Source: Burkholderiales bacterium (GTDB lineage: Bacteria > Pseudomonadota > Gammaproteobacteria > Burkholderiales > Eutrophovitaceae). Taken from it: a DNA stretch of 64,000 bases. Below, in pieces: positions 28,137-38,700 of the stretch. The stretch covers positions 22,396-86,395 of the forward strand of contig DATKYN010000062.1 of NCBI GenBank assembly GCA_035528435.1, written 5' to 3'. A model generated the notes under the pieces. It saw nothing but the letters and a program-made list of their open reading frames with translations, was not told the origin of the DNA and searched no databases. Every line of letters begins with the position of its first letter. Within the stretch, counting starts at the first letter, position 1. The translations under genes and the position numbers were made by a program.

Positions 28137-29801
28137 TTAGTCTTCCGTGCGTGTGAAAAGGCGGAAACGCTCGTGCCGGTCACCGGCTCGACCGCCCTCC
28201 CATAGCAGTTGCCATGGCGCGCCGATTATGTTGCCGTCGTCCCAATGATCCTGCGTGATCAGAAGGTCACAGCTTTGCTCCGGGCTTCGGCGATAGATCA
28301 GGGAAGTAACGATGCCGCCGAAATAGTGAAGCATGGCGCGTTGAGCGTCTCCAACGTCCTGACTGATGACGCATTTGTAGTTTGCCGGCATGTGGGCACT
28401 CAGCTCGACTACCATTGAGCGGTATGTCTTGCGCGCATCGATCCAGTGAAAGAGCAGAAGCACCGCAAGCGCCCATCCGGCGGTCATCCCGGCGGCCCAC
28501 AGGATGAAAGGCCGCTCGGCCGATCGCTTGACATTGAACACCAGTACGAACCAGGTCAAGGTCACGAAAATTGCAGCCAACATGGCCCATATTCGAGACT
28601 GCGCCTGATATTCGGGTTGCAGGCTGAAAATATGTTCGGCAAGCCGCGCCGGGAAGCCGAACTGTGCGGCGCTGAAATAGACCCAGGCCACCAGCGAGAA
28701 CACGGTCACCACCATGATGCTGAACCAGTAATAGGCGTTGATAGCGCCTCGCGGCAAACGGGTGATTGCGATCGATGCCAGTAATGCCAGTGGCAGCAGC
28801 ATTGGCATCGCCAGTACATCTCGGCCTTCGCCGGCAAGAGACAGGTAGGCAAGGATGGCGAAAAAGGCAACAAGGGGCAGTTGCAACTCCCGCTTTGAAA
28901 GCCCCTGTTTTCCTTCGATCCATAGCGACCACAGGGCAAACGGCCATGCTGGCCAGGCAAACCACGCTAATACGCCCAGAAAGTAGAGGTTGTCTTCATG
29001 CGGCTGAAACACAACTAACCCGCGCAGATCCTGTGCGTTCTGAGAAACCCATTGTGCAAAAAGATCAGGTTGCTGAAAATGCAGCGCCAGTGGCCAGGCC
29101 AGGATCAGCGGCGCTGCAACACCGATCGCGATCGCAGAGCTCTTGAAGAACCGCCCGTTACGGTAGCGCGGCGAGACAAATGCCATGCCAATAGCCATTG
29201 CAACGAGCATGAGCATGTCTGAGGGGCCGCGTGCCAGAAACAGGAAACCAAGCCCGGTGCCAAACCAGATCCCGCCCAGTTGTGCTCGTCTTGGCGCGAG
29301 CGCAAGCCCGTAAATTCCCACTGCCAGTGCCGCGAGAAGCGGGACCGCGCTGATCAATTGATGGCCGCGCACCAGCAGACCGGCACAGCCGATCAGCATC
29401 AATGGTGCAACCCACGAGCGGTTTCCCCCCCACAGTTCGCGTGCCGTAAGCCCTGTGAACAGAAGCAGCAATGCCAACCAGATGCCCACCGACAGCCGCG
29501 CGGCGTCGTGCAGTGCGAAGACGGGTGAAAGCGTCATCATGCCCAGAAGGGCACCGTAGTAGACTAGTGGCGGTGTTTCCAGAAAGGGCGTATCTCCGAT
29601 TCTTGGTACTAACCAGTCGCCGCTCTCGTACATGTGATACGCCGCGCCAAAGGTATAAGCCTCATCTGACTTCCATGGGTCGTGTCCGACCAGCCCGATC
29701 ACGATCCACGCTGCGCATATGACGATCGCAAGATGACGCGGGCTGGCACTGAGCCAGGCGGCGAATCGTTCGTTCCGTAGAAGATGTGCCGGGTGCAGCA
29801 T
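28137..29801 (-). CDS. glycosyltransferase family 39 (ArnT/PMT-like) membrane protein
   Basis: 554 aa with at least 10 TM segments. The N-terminal loop carries GHDPWKSDEAY (DE motif), as in ArnT/PMT-type lipid-linked sugar transferases. Confidence 0.75.
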   Translation of the reverse strand: MLHPAHLLRNERFAAWLSASPRHLAIVICAAWIVIGLVGHDPWKSDEAYTFGAAYHMYESGDWLVPRIGDTPFLETPPLVYYGALLGMMTLSPVFALHDAARLSVGIWLALLLLFTGLTARELWGGNRSWVAPLMLIGCAGLLVRGHQLISAVPLLAALAVGIYGLALAPRRAQLGGIWFGTGLGFLFLARGPSDMLMLVAMAIGMAFVSPRYRNGRFFKSSAIAIGVAAPLILAWPLALHFQQPDLFAQWVSQNAQDLRGLVVFQPHEDNLYFLGVLAWFAWPAWPFALWSLWIEGKQGLSKRELQLPLVAFFAILAYLSLAGEGRDVLAMPMLLPLALLASIAITRLPRGAINAYYWFSIMVVTVFSLVAWVYFSAAQFGFPARLAEHIFSLQPEYQAQSRIWAMLAAIFVTLTWFVLVFNVKRSAERPFILWAAGMTAGWALAVLLLFHWIDARKTYRSMVVELSAHMPANYKCVISQDVGDAQRAMLHYFGGIVTSLIYRRSPEQSCDLLITQDHWDDGNIIGAPWQLLWEGGRAGDRHERFRLFTRTED

Positions 29802-30029
29802 AATGGTTATGTTGCCTTCGGCTTGCGCGCGCGCTTCGCCAGCGAAGGATGGGTCTTTGCTGGCGGCACCCGGTGATGGCAGGTTGGGATCAACATGGCC
29901 ATATTTTAGAACCTATCTCGGCATGTTTCGCGGCTGATCGTGGTTGCAACGAAGGTCGCGGTGACAACGATTGCTGTGAATTGCCGGCGCAAGGGCAGAA
30001 AAGCTCTCCCGCGGCTGTCCTCCAAAAGT

Positions 30030-30057
30030 GCAAAAGGCAGCCAAGGCTGCCTTTTGC
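30030..30057 (-). terminator. putative intrinsic terminator after rpmE
   Basis: Perfect 13-bp inverted repeat GCAAAAGGCAGCC/GGCTGCCTTTTGC with a 2-nt loop, 23 nt past the rpmE stop. The U-tract is partly within the stem, then CTTTTGG follows. Confidence 0.5.
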
Positions 30058-30079
30058 ATACACAAGAAACCGCCGAATC

Positions 30080-30310
30080 CTAAGTGGACACGGCCTTTGA
30101 TTTGACGCCGGTGCGCGCGTATTTCTGCTTGAAGCGTTCTACACGTCCAGCGGTGTCTACGATCTTTTGCTTACCGGTATAGAAAGGGTGGCAGACGGAA
30201 CATACTTCCACCGTCAGATCGCGCTTGAGTGTCGAGCGGGTCTTGAAAGCATTGCCGCAACTGCAGGTTACGTTGATTTCCTGATAATCCGGGTGGATGC
30301 CTGTTTTCAT
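30080..30310 (-). CDS. rpmE: 50S ribosomal protein L31
   Basis: MKTGIHPDY..., with CSCGN and [12 protein letters not shown] zinc-ribbon motifs. AAGGAAAA Shine-Dalgarno sequence precedes the ATG at 30310. Confidence 0.9.
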   Translation of the reverse strand: MKTGIHPDYQEINVTCSCGNAFKTRSTLKRDLTVEVCSVCHPFYTGKQKIVDTAGRVERFKQKYARTGVKSKAVST

Positions 30311-30452
30311 GGCTTTTCCTTTGGTTTGCGTCGGCGGATTGTGCGCCGACAATCTGGGAGGCCGGCATTATCCACGGCAGACGGCGGTTAATCAAGCATG
30401 CCGATCGCCGGCTGGCTATCTCCGACCGGTTGTCTGGGCCCTGGCGCAGGCC

Positions 30453-31712
30453 TTAGCCCTTGCGCATGCTGTCGAAAAACTCCGCGTTGTTCTTTGTTGC
30501 CTTCAATTTGCCGACTAGGAACTCGGTCGCTTCAAGCTCATCCATCGGATAAAGGAGTTTTCGCAGAATCCATACTTTCTGCAGGATATCCGGCGCAAGC
30601 AGCAGTTCCTCGCGCCGTGTTCCCGAGCGATTTACGTTGATTGACGGATAGATGCGTTTTTCTGCCATGCGCCTGTCGAGGTGGATCTCCATGTTGCCGG
30701 TGCCCTTGAATTCCTCGTAGATCACATCGTCCATTCGCGAGCCGGTGTCGATCAGTGCCGTCGCGATAATGGTCAGTGATCCGCCTTCCTCAATATTGCG
30801 TGCGGCACCGAAAAACCGCTTCGGTCGCTGCAATGCATTGGCGTCGACACCACCAGTCAAAACTTTTCCGGAAGCCGGCACTACGGTGTTATAGGCGCGA
30901 GCCAGACGCGTTATCGAGTCAAGCAGGATGACGACATCCTTGCGGTGCTCGACCAGGCGTTTTGCTTTTTCCATCACCATTTCGGCAACTTGCACGTGGC
31001 GGGTGGCAGGTTCATCGAAAGTCGATGAAACCACCTCGCCGCGTACCGAACGCTGCATTTCCGTGACTTCTTCAGGGCGTTCGTCTATCAGGAGCACGAT
31101 CAGATAAACGTCCGGATAGTTTGATGCGATCGAATGTGCGATATGTTGGAGCATCACGGTTTTGCCGCTCTTGGGGCTGGCAACCAGCAGCCCGCGCTGA
31201 CCCTTGCCGATTGGGGCAATGATATCGATGATCCGTCCGGTGTAATTCTCGTCTGACTTGATGTCCCGTTCCATAGCGAAGTGCTCGGTGGGAAACAGTG
31301 GCGTCAGGTTCTCAAAGAGAATCTTGTGCTTGGCGTTTTCCGGCTTTTCGTCGTTGACCTTGTCAACCTTGACCAGCGCGAAGTAGCGCTCGCCATCTTT
31401 CGGTGTGCGAATCTCTCCTTCCACGGAGTCGCCCGTGTGCAAATTGAACCGTCTGATCTGAGACGGGCTGACGTAGATGTCGTCGGGGCCCGCCAGATAG
31501 GATGTATCCGGGGATCGTAGGAATCCGAACCCGTCGGGCAGGACTTCCAGCGTGCCACTGCCAAATATGCTGTCACCTTTCTTCGCCCGATTCTTGAGGA
31601 GAGCGAAGATGAGATCCTGCTTGCGCAAGCGGTTGGCGTTCTCGACTTCATTGGAGATCGCCATTTCGACGAGCTCGGTTACATGGAGGTTTTTCAGATC
31701 AGATAGATGCAT
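30453..31712 (-). CDS. rho: transcription termination factor Rho
   Basis: N-terminal MHLSDLKN.. and an RNA-binding domain, Walker A ASPKSGKT, and Q/R-loop regions. About 419 aa from the ATG at 31712. Confidence 0.95.
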   Translation of the reverse strand: MHLSDLKNLHVTELVEMAISNEVENANRLRKQDLIFALLKNRAKKGDSIFGSGTLEVLPDGFGFLRSPDTSYLAGPDDIYVSPSQIRRFNLHTGDSVEGEIRTPKDGERYFALVKVDKVNDEKPENAKHKILFENLTPLFPTEHFAMERDIKSDENYTGRIIDIIAPIGKGQRGLLVASPKSGKTVMLQHIAHSIASNYPDVYLIVLLIDERPEEVTEMQRSVRGEVVSSTFDEPATRHVQVAEMVMEKAKRLVEHRKDVVILLDSITRLARAYNTVVPASGKVLTGGVDANALQRPKRFFGAARNIEEGGSLTIIATALIDTGSRMDDVIYEEFKGTGNMEIHLDRRMAEKRIYPSINVNRSGTRREELLLAPDILQKVWILRKLLYPMDELEATEFLVGKLKATKNNAEFFDSMRKG

Positions 31713-31883
31713 GTCGGGGGGGGAGTCGCGCTGGGAATTACGACTTGGGGAAGAAGAAAGGGGAATTTCCAAAGATGGCGGGAAGGAAGAGCGATCAACC
31801 GCCGTTGCCCACCGGATGTCACATCGTGCTGCAATTGTTGCCTAGACACCCGGCGATCAGGCTGATGCGAAGCCTAAACGGTT

Positions 31884-32210
31884 TCAGATATTACTGTCAA
31901 TAAAGGCAGTGAGCTGCGATTTGGACAGGGCGCCGACTTTCATGGCTTCGACGTTGCCGTTCTTGAACAACATCAATGTTGGAATGCCCCGGATCCCGTA
32001 TTTCGGGGGTGTGGCCTGATTGTCATCGATATTGAGTTTCGCGACCTTCAGGCGTCCGTCGTATTCCTGGGCTACTTCGGTCAGTATGGGCGCGATCATC
32101 TTGCACGGCCCGCACCACTCGGCCCAGTAATCGACAAGAACCGGCACCTCCGACTGAAGCACCTCCGATTGAAACGTGTCATCGCTGACGTGGTCGATAT
32201 TTCCGCTCAT
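31884..32210 (-). CDS. trxA: thioredoxin
   Basis: 108 aa with the WAEWCGPCK active site. Confidence 0.95.
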   Translation of the reverse strand: MSGNIDHVSDDTFQSEVLQSEVPVLVDYWAEWCGPCKMIAPILTEVAQEYDGRLKVAKLNIDDNQATPPKYGIRGIPTLMLFKNGNVEAMKVGALSKSQLTAFIDSNI

Positions 32211-32320
32211 GGGTCTTGATCACCTCGGACTGAAGAAAAAAATGAGAAAACACAACTGATTGGGACTTGGGTAGCGCAGGCTGGATGGCCGCAGCATGGA
32301 GACTAGGCCCGTATCCTAGC

Positions 32321-32362
32321 AAAAAACGGGGCACTGGATGTCCGAGTGCCCCGGTATTTTTT
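32321..32362. terminator. bidirectional rho-independent terminator-like hairpin between trxA and fdxA
   Basis: GGGGCACT (32328-32335), a 9-nt loop, then AGTGCCCC (32345-32352). An A6 run lies upstream and a T6 run downstream. The minus-strand reading gives the better terminator (stem directly followed by GTTTTTT). Confidence 0.6.
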
Positions 32363-32649
32363 AGGCAATGTACTCCCGATCCCCCACGGCTTAACCCTAA
32401 GCCTGCTCAGGGCTGCCATGGCACGTATGGGATGTAAGGGCAAGAGACAAGGGTCTTGCCACACAAGTGTACGGCACGAAGCCACTTTGGGGCAGTCCGG
32501 TTTTGCTAGAATGCCCCACTCGTTTTCTACGAGCCCGGAGGCTTTGCGGGTGGGGTTTGAAAGATCCGGATCTGCTGGATCGCCAAGCCCGGCATTAGCG
32601 GCCACAACCGCAGGCTCGTGGCGTCCAACCAGAGCAAGCAAGGAAAGTA

Positions 32650-32973
32650 ATGACTTACGTCGTCGTCGAGAGCTGTATCAAGTGCAAGTACACTGACTGT
32701 GTCGATGTGTGTCCGGTTGACTGTTTTCGCGAAGGACCGAACATGCTGGTTATTGATCCGGACGAGTGCATAGACTGCACATTATGTGTTGCTGAATGTC
32801 CGGTCGAAGCGATCTATGCCGAGGACGATGTGCCGGAAGATCAGCGTGATTTTCTCGCGCTCAATGCAGAGCTTGCCAAGGCATGGCCTGGCATTACCGA
32901 GAAAAAGGACGCTCCCGATGACGCCGATGACTGGAAGGATAAATCCGAGAAGCGTCAACTGCTCGAGCGCTGA
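32650..32973 (+). CDS. fdxA: 7Fe ferredoxin (Azotobacter FdxA type)
   Basis: [25 protein letters not shown] ... [16 protein letters not shown] cysteine pattern. 107 aa. Confidence 0.9.
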   Translation: MTYVVVESCIKCKYTDCVDVCPVDCFREGPNMLVIDPDECIDCTLCVAECPVEAIYAEDDVPEDQRDFLALNAELAKAWPGITEKKDAPDDADDWKDKSEKRQLLER

Positions 32974-32996
32974 TACCAGGTGCCGGCGAGGCTGGC

Positions 32997-35753
32997 GTGT
33001 CTGATGCCTGTGCGGTGAGGGTGGAGGTTGCACCGGCTGCTGCGCTTGAGGTGCTGGCCCACGAACTGCTGGTGGATTTCAGGGAAGCGGCCCCCGACCT
33101 GTCGGGGGCCGTTGTCGTTTTGCCCAATCTGCATGCCGCAGGTGCGCTGGCACGGATCATTGGCTCGCTAGCTGGTGGTCCTGTCATGTTGCCCAAGATG
33201 ACGACTCTCGGCATGTGGGCGGCGGAACACCCGGTTGCTTTTGAGCCGCTGCCGGAGGTCGTGCGAGAAGCCGCGCTGTTCGACGCTTTGCGCAGCCGTA
33301 AGTGGTTCGATGCTGCGAACCTGTGGCCACTCGCTGGGGAACTGTCCCGCCTGTTTGACGAACTCACGCAATTCGAGATTGCGCTACCACAATCGGTAGA
33401 GGAGTTTGAAGGTGCACTGGAGGCGGCATACCAGGCCAAAGCCGGTACAACCATGCAGTTGGAAGCGAGACTGGTTTACGAACTATGGCGGGCATCATCA
33501 CAGTCGGGTGATGGTGCTGTCGGTGCCGTTGCCGCCTACCAGATGCAACTCTCCTACATTGCCCGTGACGCCTCACAGCCGTTATATGCGATTGGCCTTC
33601 CTGAGCTGATTCCCGCTGAGCAGGCTTTTCTGGAGGCATATTCAGCCAATATGCCGGTGAAGGTGTACCAGATAACTGGTGACGCTGACGGTGCGTCGGA
33701 GTCGGCCCGTTTTTACGCCTCGGCCTGGCCGGTGGCCGGAGATGAAGCTGAATTCTTGCGCGAACGGGCCGCGGCCTTTGCCCGCTCGGTACCGGAAAGC
33801 CCCGCTGCCGGATCGTTGCGCCTCTATGGTGCCCCTAGCCTTGAGCACGAGGCCCGTGCAGCAGAGACTCAGGTACGGTTCTGGTTGAATGAAGGTTGCA
33901 AGAAAGTCGCCGTCGTCGCGCTGGACCGGCTCGTAGCGCGCCGCGCACGCGCGTTGCTGGAACGGTCCCGTGTCATGACTGATGATGAAACGGGCTGGAT
34001 TTTTTCCACGACTTCCGCGAGTACGGTTGTGATGCGCTGGCTCGATGCCGTTTCCAGTGACTTCTATTTCAAGGATCTGCTCGACCTCGTCAAATCGCCC
34101 TATATCTTCCCGGACTGGGTGCACAGACGCGAAGCGGTTTACGAGCTGGAACGCGCTGTTCGCTCGCATTCGGTTATTGCAGGTCTCGAGGCTTGCCGCG
34201 CGGCGTTGAAGGGTGGCGGAGGCGAGTTTGTGCACGGGGCAGAGCTTGTGGACCGCGTTGCGAATGCGGCACGCCTTTCACCTCGTGACCGGCGTCGAAG
34301 CCTGCGTGAATGGCTGTCACTGCTGTTTGGCAGCCTGGGAGCACTTGGTGTCGAAGACGGGCTGCGAAGCGATCCTGCCGGGCTGCAGCTTGTTGACTAC
34401 CTGCAGCGCCTGGAGCGAGAGCTCGGTTCCAGCGTTGAGCGGTTTTCGTTTGGCGAATGGCGCAGCTGGCTGGATCGGCAGCTTGAGCGAGCGGAGTTTC
34501 GTGACAATGGCGTCTCCAGCCCGGTCATTTTTACCCAGCTTTCCCTGACGAGGTTGCGTGAATTCGATGCCGTCGTGCTGATCGGGTGTGATGCGGCGCA
34601 TTTGCCAGGCACAGATCAGCAAAATGCATTCTTCAGCGAATCGGTCCGGGCGCAACTGGGCCTGCCAACGAGCGGACACCGTGTGGCGCAGATTGTCGAC
34701 GATTTGAGTGGATTGCTTTGCCGCAGCGCGCGGGTCCTCGTTACCTGGCAAATGTTGCGGGAGGCCGAGCATAATTTGCCAAGCCCGTTGTTTGAGCGTA
34801 TTTCCGTTTTTCATCAACTGGCCTGGGGTACCAGCCTTGAGGACCACCAACTGGCTCTCAAGGTTATCCGTTCTCAGGTCGCACCACCGTATCCGGCATC
34901 ACTGCCGTCGATGTGTTTGCGCCCGGCACCGACAGTGGCGCCGGAGCGGCTGCCCGAGCGAATCAGTGCGAGTGCCTACAACAGCCTCGTCGCTTGTCCT
35001 TACCAGTTCTACGGCCGCTACGTCCTCGGGCTGCGCGAACCTGAACAGGTTCGCGAGGAGATGGAGAAGCGCGAGTATGGAGAATATGTGCACCGTATTC
35101 TTCGCCGGTTTCATGCGCACTTTCCGGTCTGTAGCACGGTAGCGCGCCAGCAGCTGGAAGCGGTACTCGGCGAAATCAGCGAACGTGTGTTCCGCGAAGC
35201 TTCAGAGGCCAATTATCTGAGCCATGCCTGGGCGCTTCGGTGGCGGGCCACCAATACAGCTTATCTTGATTGGCAACTTGAACGGGAGCGGGAGGGCTGG
35301 CAGTTTCACGCAGCCGAGAGCAAGCGCGAAATCGCCATTGTTCTGCCCGATGGCGCAACGCTGATTCTGGAAGGGCGGCTTGACCGCATTGATGCGCGCA
35401 ACGACAACGAGCATACCGGCTATGCGGTTATCGATTACAAGACGCGCGCGCCAAATGATTTGCGCCGCACGGCCAGTGAGCCGGGTGAGGATGTGCAATT
35501 GCCAGTTTATGCGGCGTTACTGGAAGACGACGTGCAAGAAGCGTTTTATCTCGCAATCGACAACGGGCAGGTGCGCAGGATCGGCAAGGACGACGGAGTG
35601 CTGGCCGACGTTGAACAAGCGATCGAGCGGCTGAAGAACATTTTTATGCGAATTCGGAGTGAAGCACCTTTAGTTGCCCAGGGAGCCGAGAGCGCCTGTC
35701 AATGGTGCGAGTTACACGGCCTGTGTCGCAAACAGTACTGGCATGACGACTGA
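32997..35753 (+). CDS. addB: AddB-like PD-(D/E)XK nuclease subunit of the AddAB helicase-nuclease
   Basis: 918 aa with no N-terminal Walker A. C-terminal RecB-type nuclease motif (GRLDRID ... AVIDYKT). A Cys cluster (ACPYQF ... CQWCELHGLC = C-x2-C-x5-C) fits the AddB Fe-S cluster. Overlaps addA by 11 nt. Confidence 0.8.
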   Translation: MSDACAVRVEVAPAAALEVLAHELLVDFREAAPDLSGAVVVLPNLHAAGALARIIGSLAGGPVMLPKMTTLGMWAAEHPVAFEPLPEVVREAALFDALRSRKWFDAANLWPLAGELSRLFDELTQFEIALPQSVEEFEGALEAAYQAKAGTTMQLEARLVYELWRASSQSGDGAVGAVAAYQMQLSYIARDASQPLYAIGLPELIPAEQAFLEAYSANMPVKVYQITGDADGASESARFYASAWPVAGDEAEFLRERAAAFARSVPESPAAGSLRLYGAPSLEHEARAAETQVRFWLNEGCKKVAVVALDRLVARRARALLERSRVMTDDETGWIFSTTSASTVVMRWLDAVSSDFYFKDLLDLVKSPYIFPDWVHRREAVYELERAVRSHSVIAGLEACRAALKGGGGEFVHGAELVDRVANAARLSPRDRRRSLREWLSLLFGSLGALGVEDGLRSDPAGLQLVDYLQRLERELGSSVERFSFGEWRSWLDRQLERAEFRDNGVSSPVIFTQLSLTRLREFDAVVLIGCDAAHLPGTDQQNAFFSESVRAQLGLPTSGHRVAQIVDDLSGLLCRSARVLVTWQMLREAEHNLPSPLFERISVFHQLAWGTSLEDHQLALKVIRSQVAPPYPASLPSMCLRPAPTVAPERLPERISASAYNSLVACPYQFYGRYVLGLREPEQVREEMEKREYGEYVHRILRRFHAHFPVCSTVARQQLEAVLGEISERVFREASEANYLSHAWALRWRATNTAYLDWQLEREREGWQFHAAESKREIAIVLPDGATLILEGRLDRIDARNDNEHTGYAVIDYKTRAPNDLRRTASEPGEDVQLPVYAALLEDDVQEAFYLAIDNGQVRRIGKDDGVLADVEQAIERLKNIFMRIRSEAPLVAQGAESACQWCELHGLCRKQYWHDD

Positions 35754-38700
35754 ACAGCAGACCCGGCAGCTTAACGCCAGGGCCCTTGATCCCGGCCAAT
35801 CGGTTGTCATCGAGGCGTGCGCCGGTTCGGGCAAGACGTGGTTGCTGGTATCGCGCATTGTTCGTTTGTTGCTCGCCGACGTGCGGCCATCTGAAATTCT
35901 GGCTATTACCTTTACCCGCAAAGCGGCCCAGGAAATGAAGGCGCGCCTGCACGAATGGCTGCACTTTCTCGCCATTGGCAGCGACGACGAGATCAAGCAG
36001 TTTCTGCGCGACCGCGAGGTGCAAGAGGATCAGATCGAGGCCATGCTGCCGCGTGCCCGAGGCCTGTTCGAGGCCTTCCTGATTGACCAGCCCGGCATTA
36101 CCGTCAGCACCTTCCACGGCTGGTTTCTGCAATTGCTCAAGCGCGCACCACTGGCCGCCGGAGCGGCAAACGGGGCCAATCTGGTTGACCAGGTCTCGTC
36201 ACTGATCGACGAAGCCTGGGAGTTGTTTGCAGAAGGGCTGCAGCGCCAGCCCGATAGTCCGGTCGCCCTGGCACTGACCTGGTTATTCGAGAATTACGGT
36301 CTCGTCAGCACGCGTTCGCTGCTCACCGCCTTTATAGAAAAGCGCGCCGAATGGTGGGCTTATACGCGATCACATTCTGATCCGGTGGAGTATGCCCTGG
36401 AAAAGTTGTGCAGCGACATGCAGGTGGCACCTGATGACGACGTCATCGGGGCGGTGTTTGCGGATCGGGAGCTGAAAAACGCGCTGGATGAATACGCGGA
36501 ATTGCTTGACCGCAATCAGGTCAACGGTGACGTGAATCGGGCGGCACAGGTACGCGCGGCACCTGGCGAAGCGGACGCGGCTCGTCGTTTTGAGGCCGTC
36601 TGGCAGGTCTTGATGACCAGTGACGGCAGGTTGCGCGTGCGCAAACCGACTAATGCCGGCGAGAAACGGCTTGGCGAAGCCGGTCAGAAACGGTTTTTGT
36701 CCCTGCACGTGCAAATAGGCGCTGCAATGGAGCGTGCTCGTGCATTACTCACGGAGCAGGGCGTTTACCGTCTCAATGAAGCGGGCCTGCTGTGCGGTGC
36801 CGAGTTGCTGGAACGGTACGAGTCGATCAAGCGTGCCCGGGGTGTTATCGACTACACCGATGTCGAATGGCGGAGCTGGTTGTTGCTCTCTACGAGCGAC
36901 TATGCCGAATACATGCAGTATCGACTGGATGCGCGCTACCGTCATATTCTGCTCGACGAATTTCAGGATACCAACCCGCTGCAATGGCAGATACTCAAGG
37001 CTTGGCTGGATGCCTCGGCCGATGCTCAATCCCAACCACGCGTCTTTCTGGTTGGTGATCCAAAACAGTCGATCTATCGTTTCAGGCGAGCTGAACCGCG
37101 CTTGTTCGAAGTGGCCCGCTCCTACCTCGCCGAGCGTCATGGTGCCCACGAGCTAGAACAGAATGTCACCCGGCGCAACGCGCCGGCGGTGGTTTCGGTC
37201 GTTAACGAACTGTTTTCCCAAACGGCGGAAGGTTTCCAGCCGCATGTGCCTTATCAGAAGGCGCTACCGGGACGCGTGGAGTTGCTGCCGCTGTTTGAAG
37301 CGAGCGAGGTTTCAGACGTGCAAGTGGATCCTTGGCGTAACCCGCTGGACCATCCGCGTGTTGAGGAAGCGGATCGCAGGCGTCTGCGTGAGGCAGAGGC
37401 GCTTGCCCAGCGCATCGGGGTGATCGTTGGCCGCTGGCAAATCATGGATGGCACGCAAGTTCGAGCCTTGCGTTACGAGGACATTCACATTCTTGTCAGG
37501 CGGCGAACGCATCTCGACATCTATGAGCGCGCACTCCGGCACGCTCAGATACCGTACATCGGGTCACGGCAGGGTGGATTGCTGGATACACTCGAAGCGA
37601 TTGACATGACGGCTTTGCTGCAGTTTCTCGTGTTGCCGTTTGCCGATATTCATCTGGCGACGGTGCTGCGTTCTCCAATGTTTGACGTCGATAATGCCGA
37701 CCTCGCGACTCTCAGTGGGGCCGACGGAGCGAATTGGTGGCAGCGTCTCTGCGAGCTTGTGCGCACCGGTGCGGCTAGTGCCGGCCTGATCCGGGCGCAG
37801 CACCTGTTGAGCGGCTGGATCAAGGGTGCGGACCTTAGGCCGGTGCATGATCTGCTCGATCGTATCTATTTCGAGGCTGATGTCATGAGCCGTTATGAAG
37901 CGGCGGTGCCGGTGCCAATGCGGACCGGTGTCGCGGCGAATTTACGGGCATTCATGGAGGTCGCGCTGTCGACTGACTCCGGACGCTATCCGAGCCTGCA
38001 AGGTTTCCTGCACCGGCTGGAGGGCATGCGCCGCGCTGCAGCGCAAGAGGCACCGGATGTGGGTGTCATTGCTGAAGGCACTAACGCGGTGCGAATTTTT
38101 ACAGTGCACGGTGCGAAGGGGCTCGAGGCACCGGTTGTCTGGTTGCTCGATACCAATGCCGGCCCCGGCCGCTCCGATAGTTACAGCGTGATGGCTGATT
38201 GGCCGCCAGAGGCGTTGAGACCCCGACATTTCTCATTGTTCACGCGAAAGGAAGAAAGGGGCGAGAGCAGGGCGCAACTGTTCGAGGAGGACATGCGTCT
38301 CGCTGAGCGCGAAGACCTGAATCTGTTGTACGTTGCGGTGACGCGTGCCAAGCAGGTGCTTATAGCAAGCGGCATCGAGACGGCCGATGGCGGCGCGAGC
38401 TGGTACCAAAGACTTTCCGAGGCTATCGCTGCGTGCGGCGATCAGGCGCCAGTTCAAGAGGTCGAAACACAGGATGCGTCTGCCGCGTTGGCAGACCCGC
38501 ATGCGCTCCGGACCGACAGGGGGGGCGTATCATTGCAGATGCCTATGGACATCGGGACCCGGCGTGATGATCTGGTTGACTCGCGCCGCCGTCATGGGAC
38601 GTTGGTGCATGCCTTGCTGGAGAAGATTGTTCCACCCGCTGACGTGAGGGATCGTGATTTCCTGCGTCGATCCCTGGGTATATCCGAGGCCGAATTCGAG

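Noticed and set aside
32504-32512. Extended -10-like TGcTAGAAT as the fdxA promoter
   Set aside because: No convincing -35 lies at 17 bp spacing, and the element lies inside a predicted GGGGCA/TGCCCC hairpin. It is kept only as a remark inside the spacer finding.
32303-32641. 112-codon minus-strand ORF in the trxA-fdxA spacer
   Set aside because: It runs straight through the terminator hairpin and several palindromes. It has no Shine-Dalgarno sequence, and the sequence (…PADPDLSNPTRKASGLVENEWG…) has no family resemblance. The region is better explained as structured RNA or regulatory DNA.
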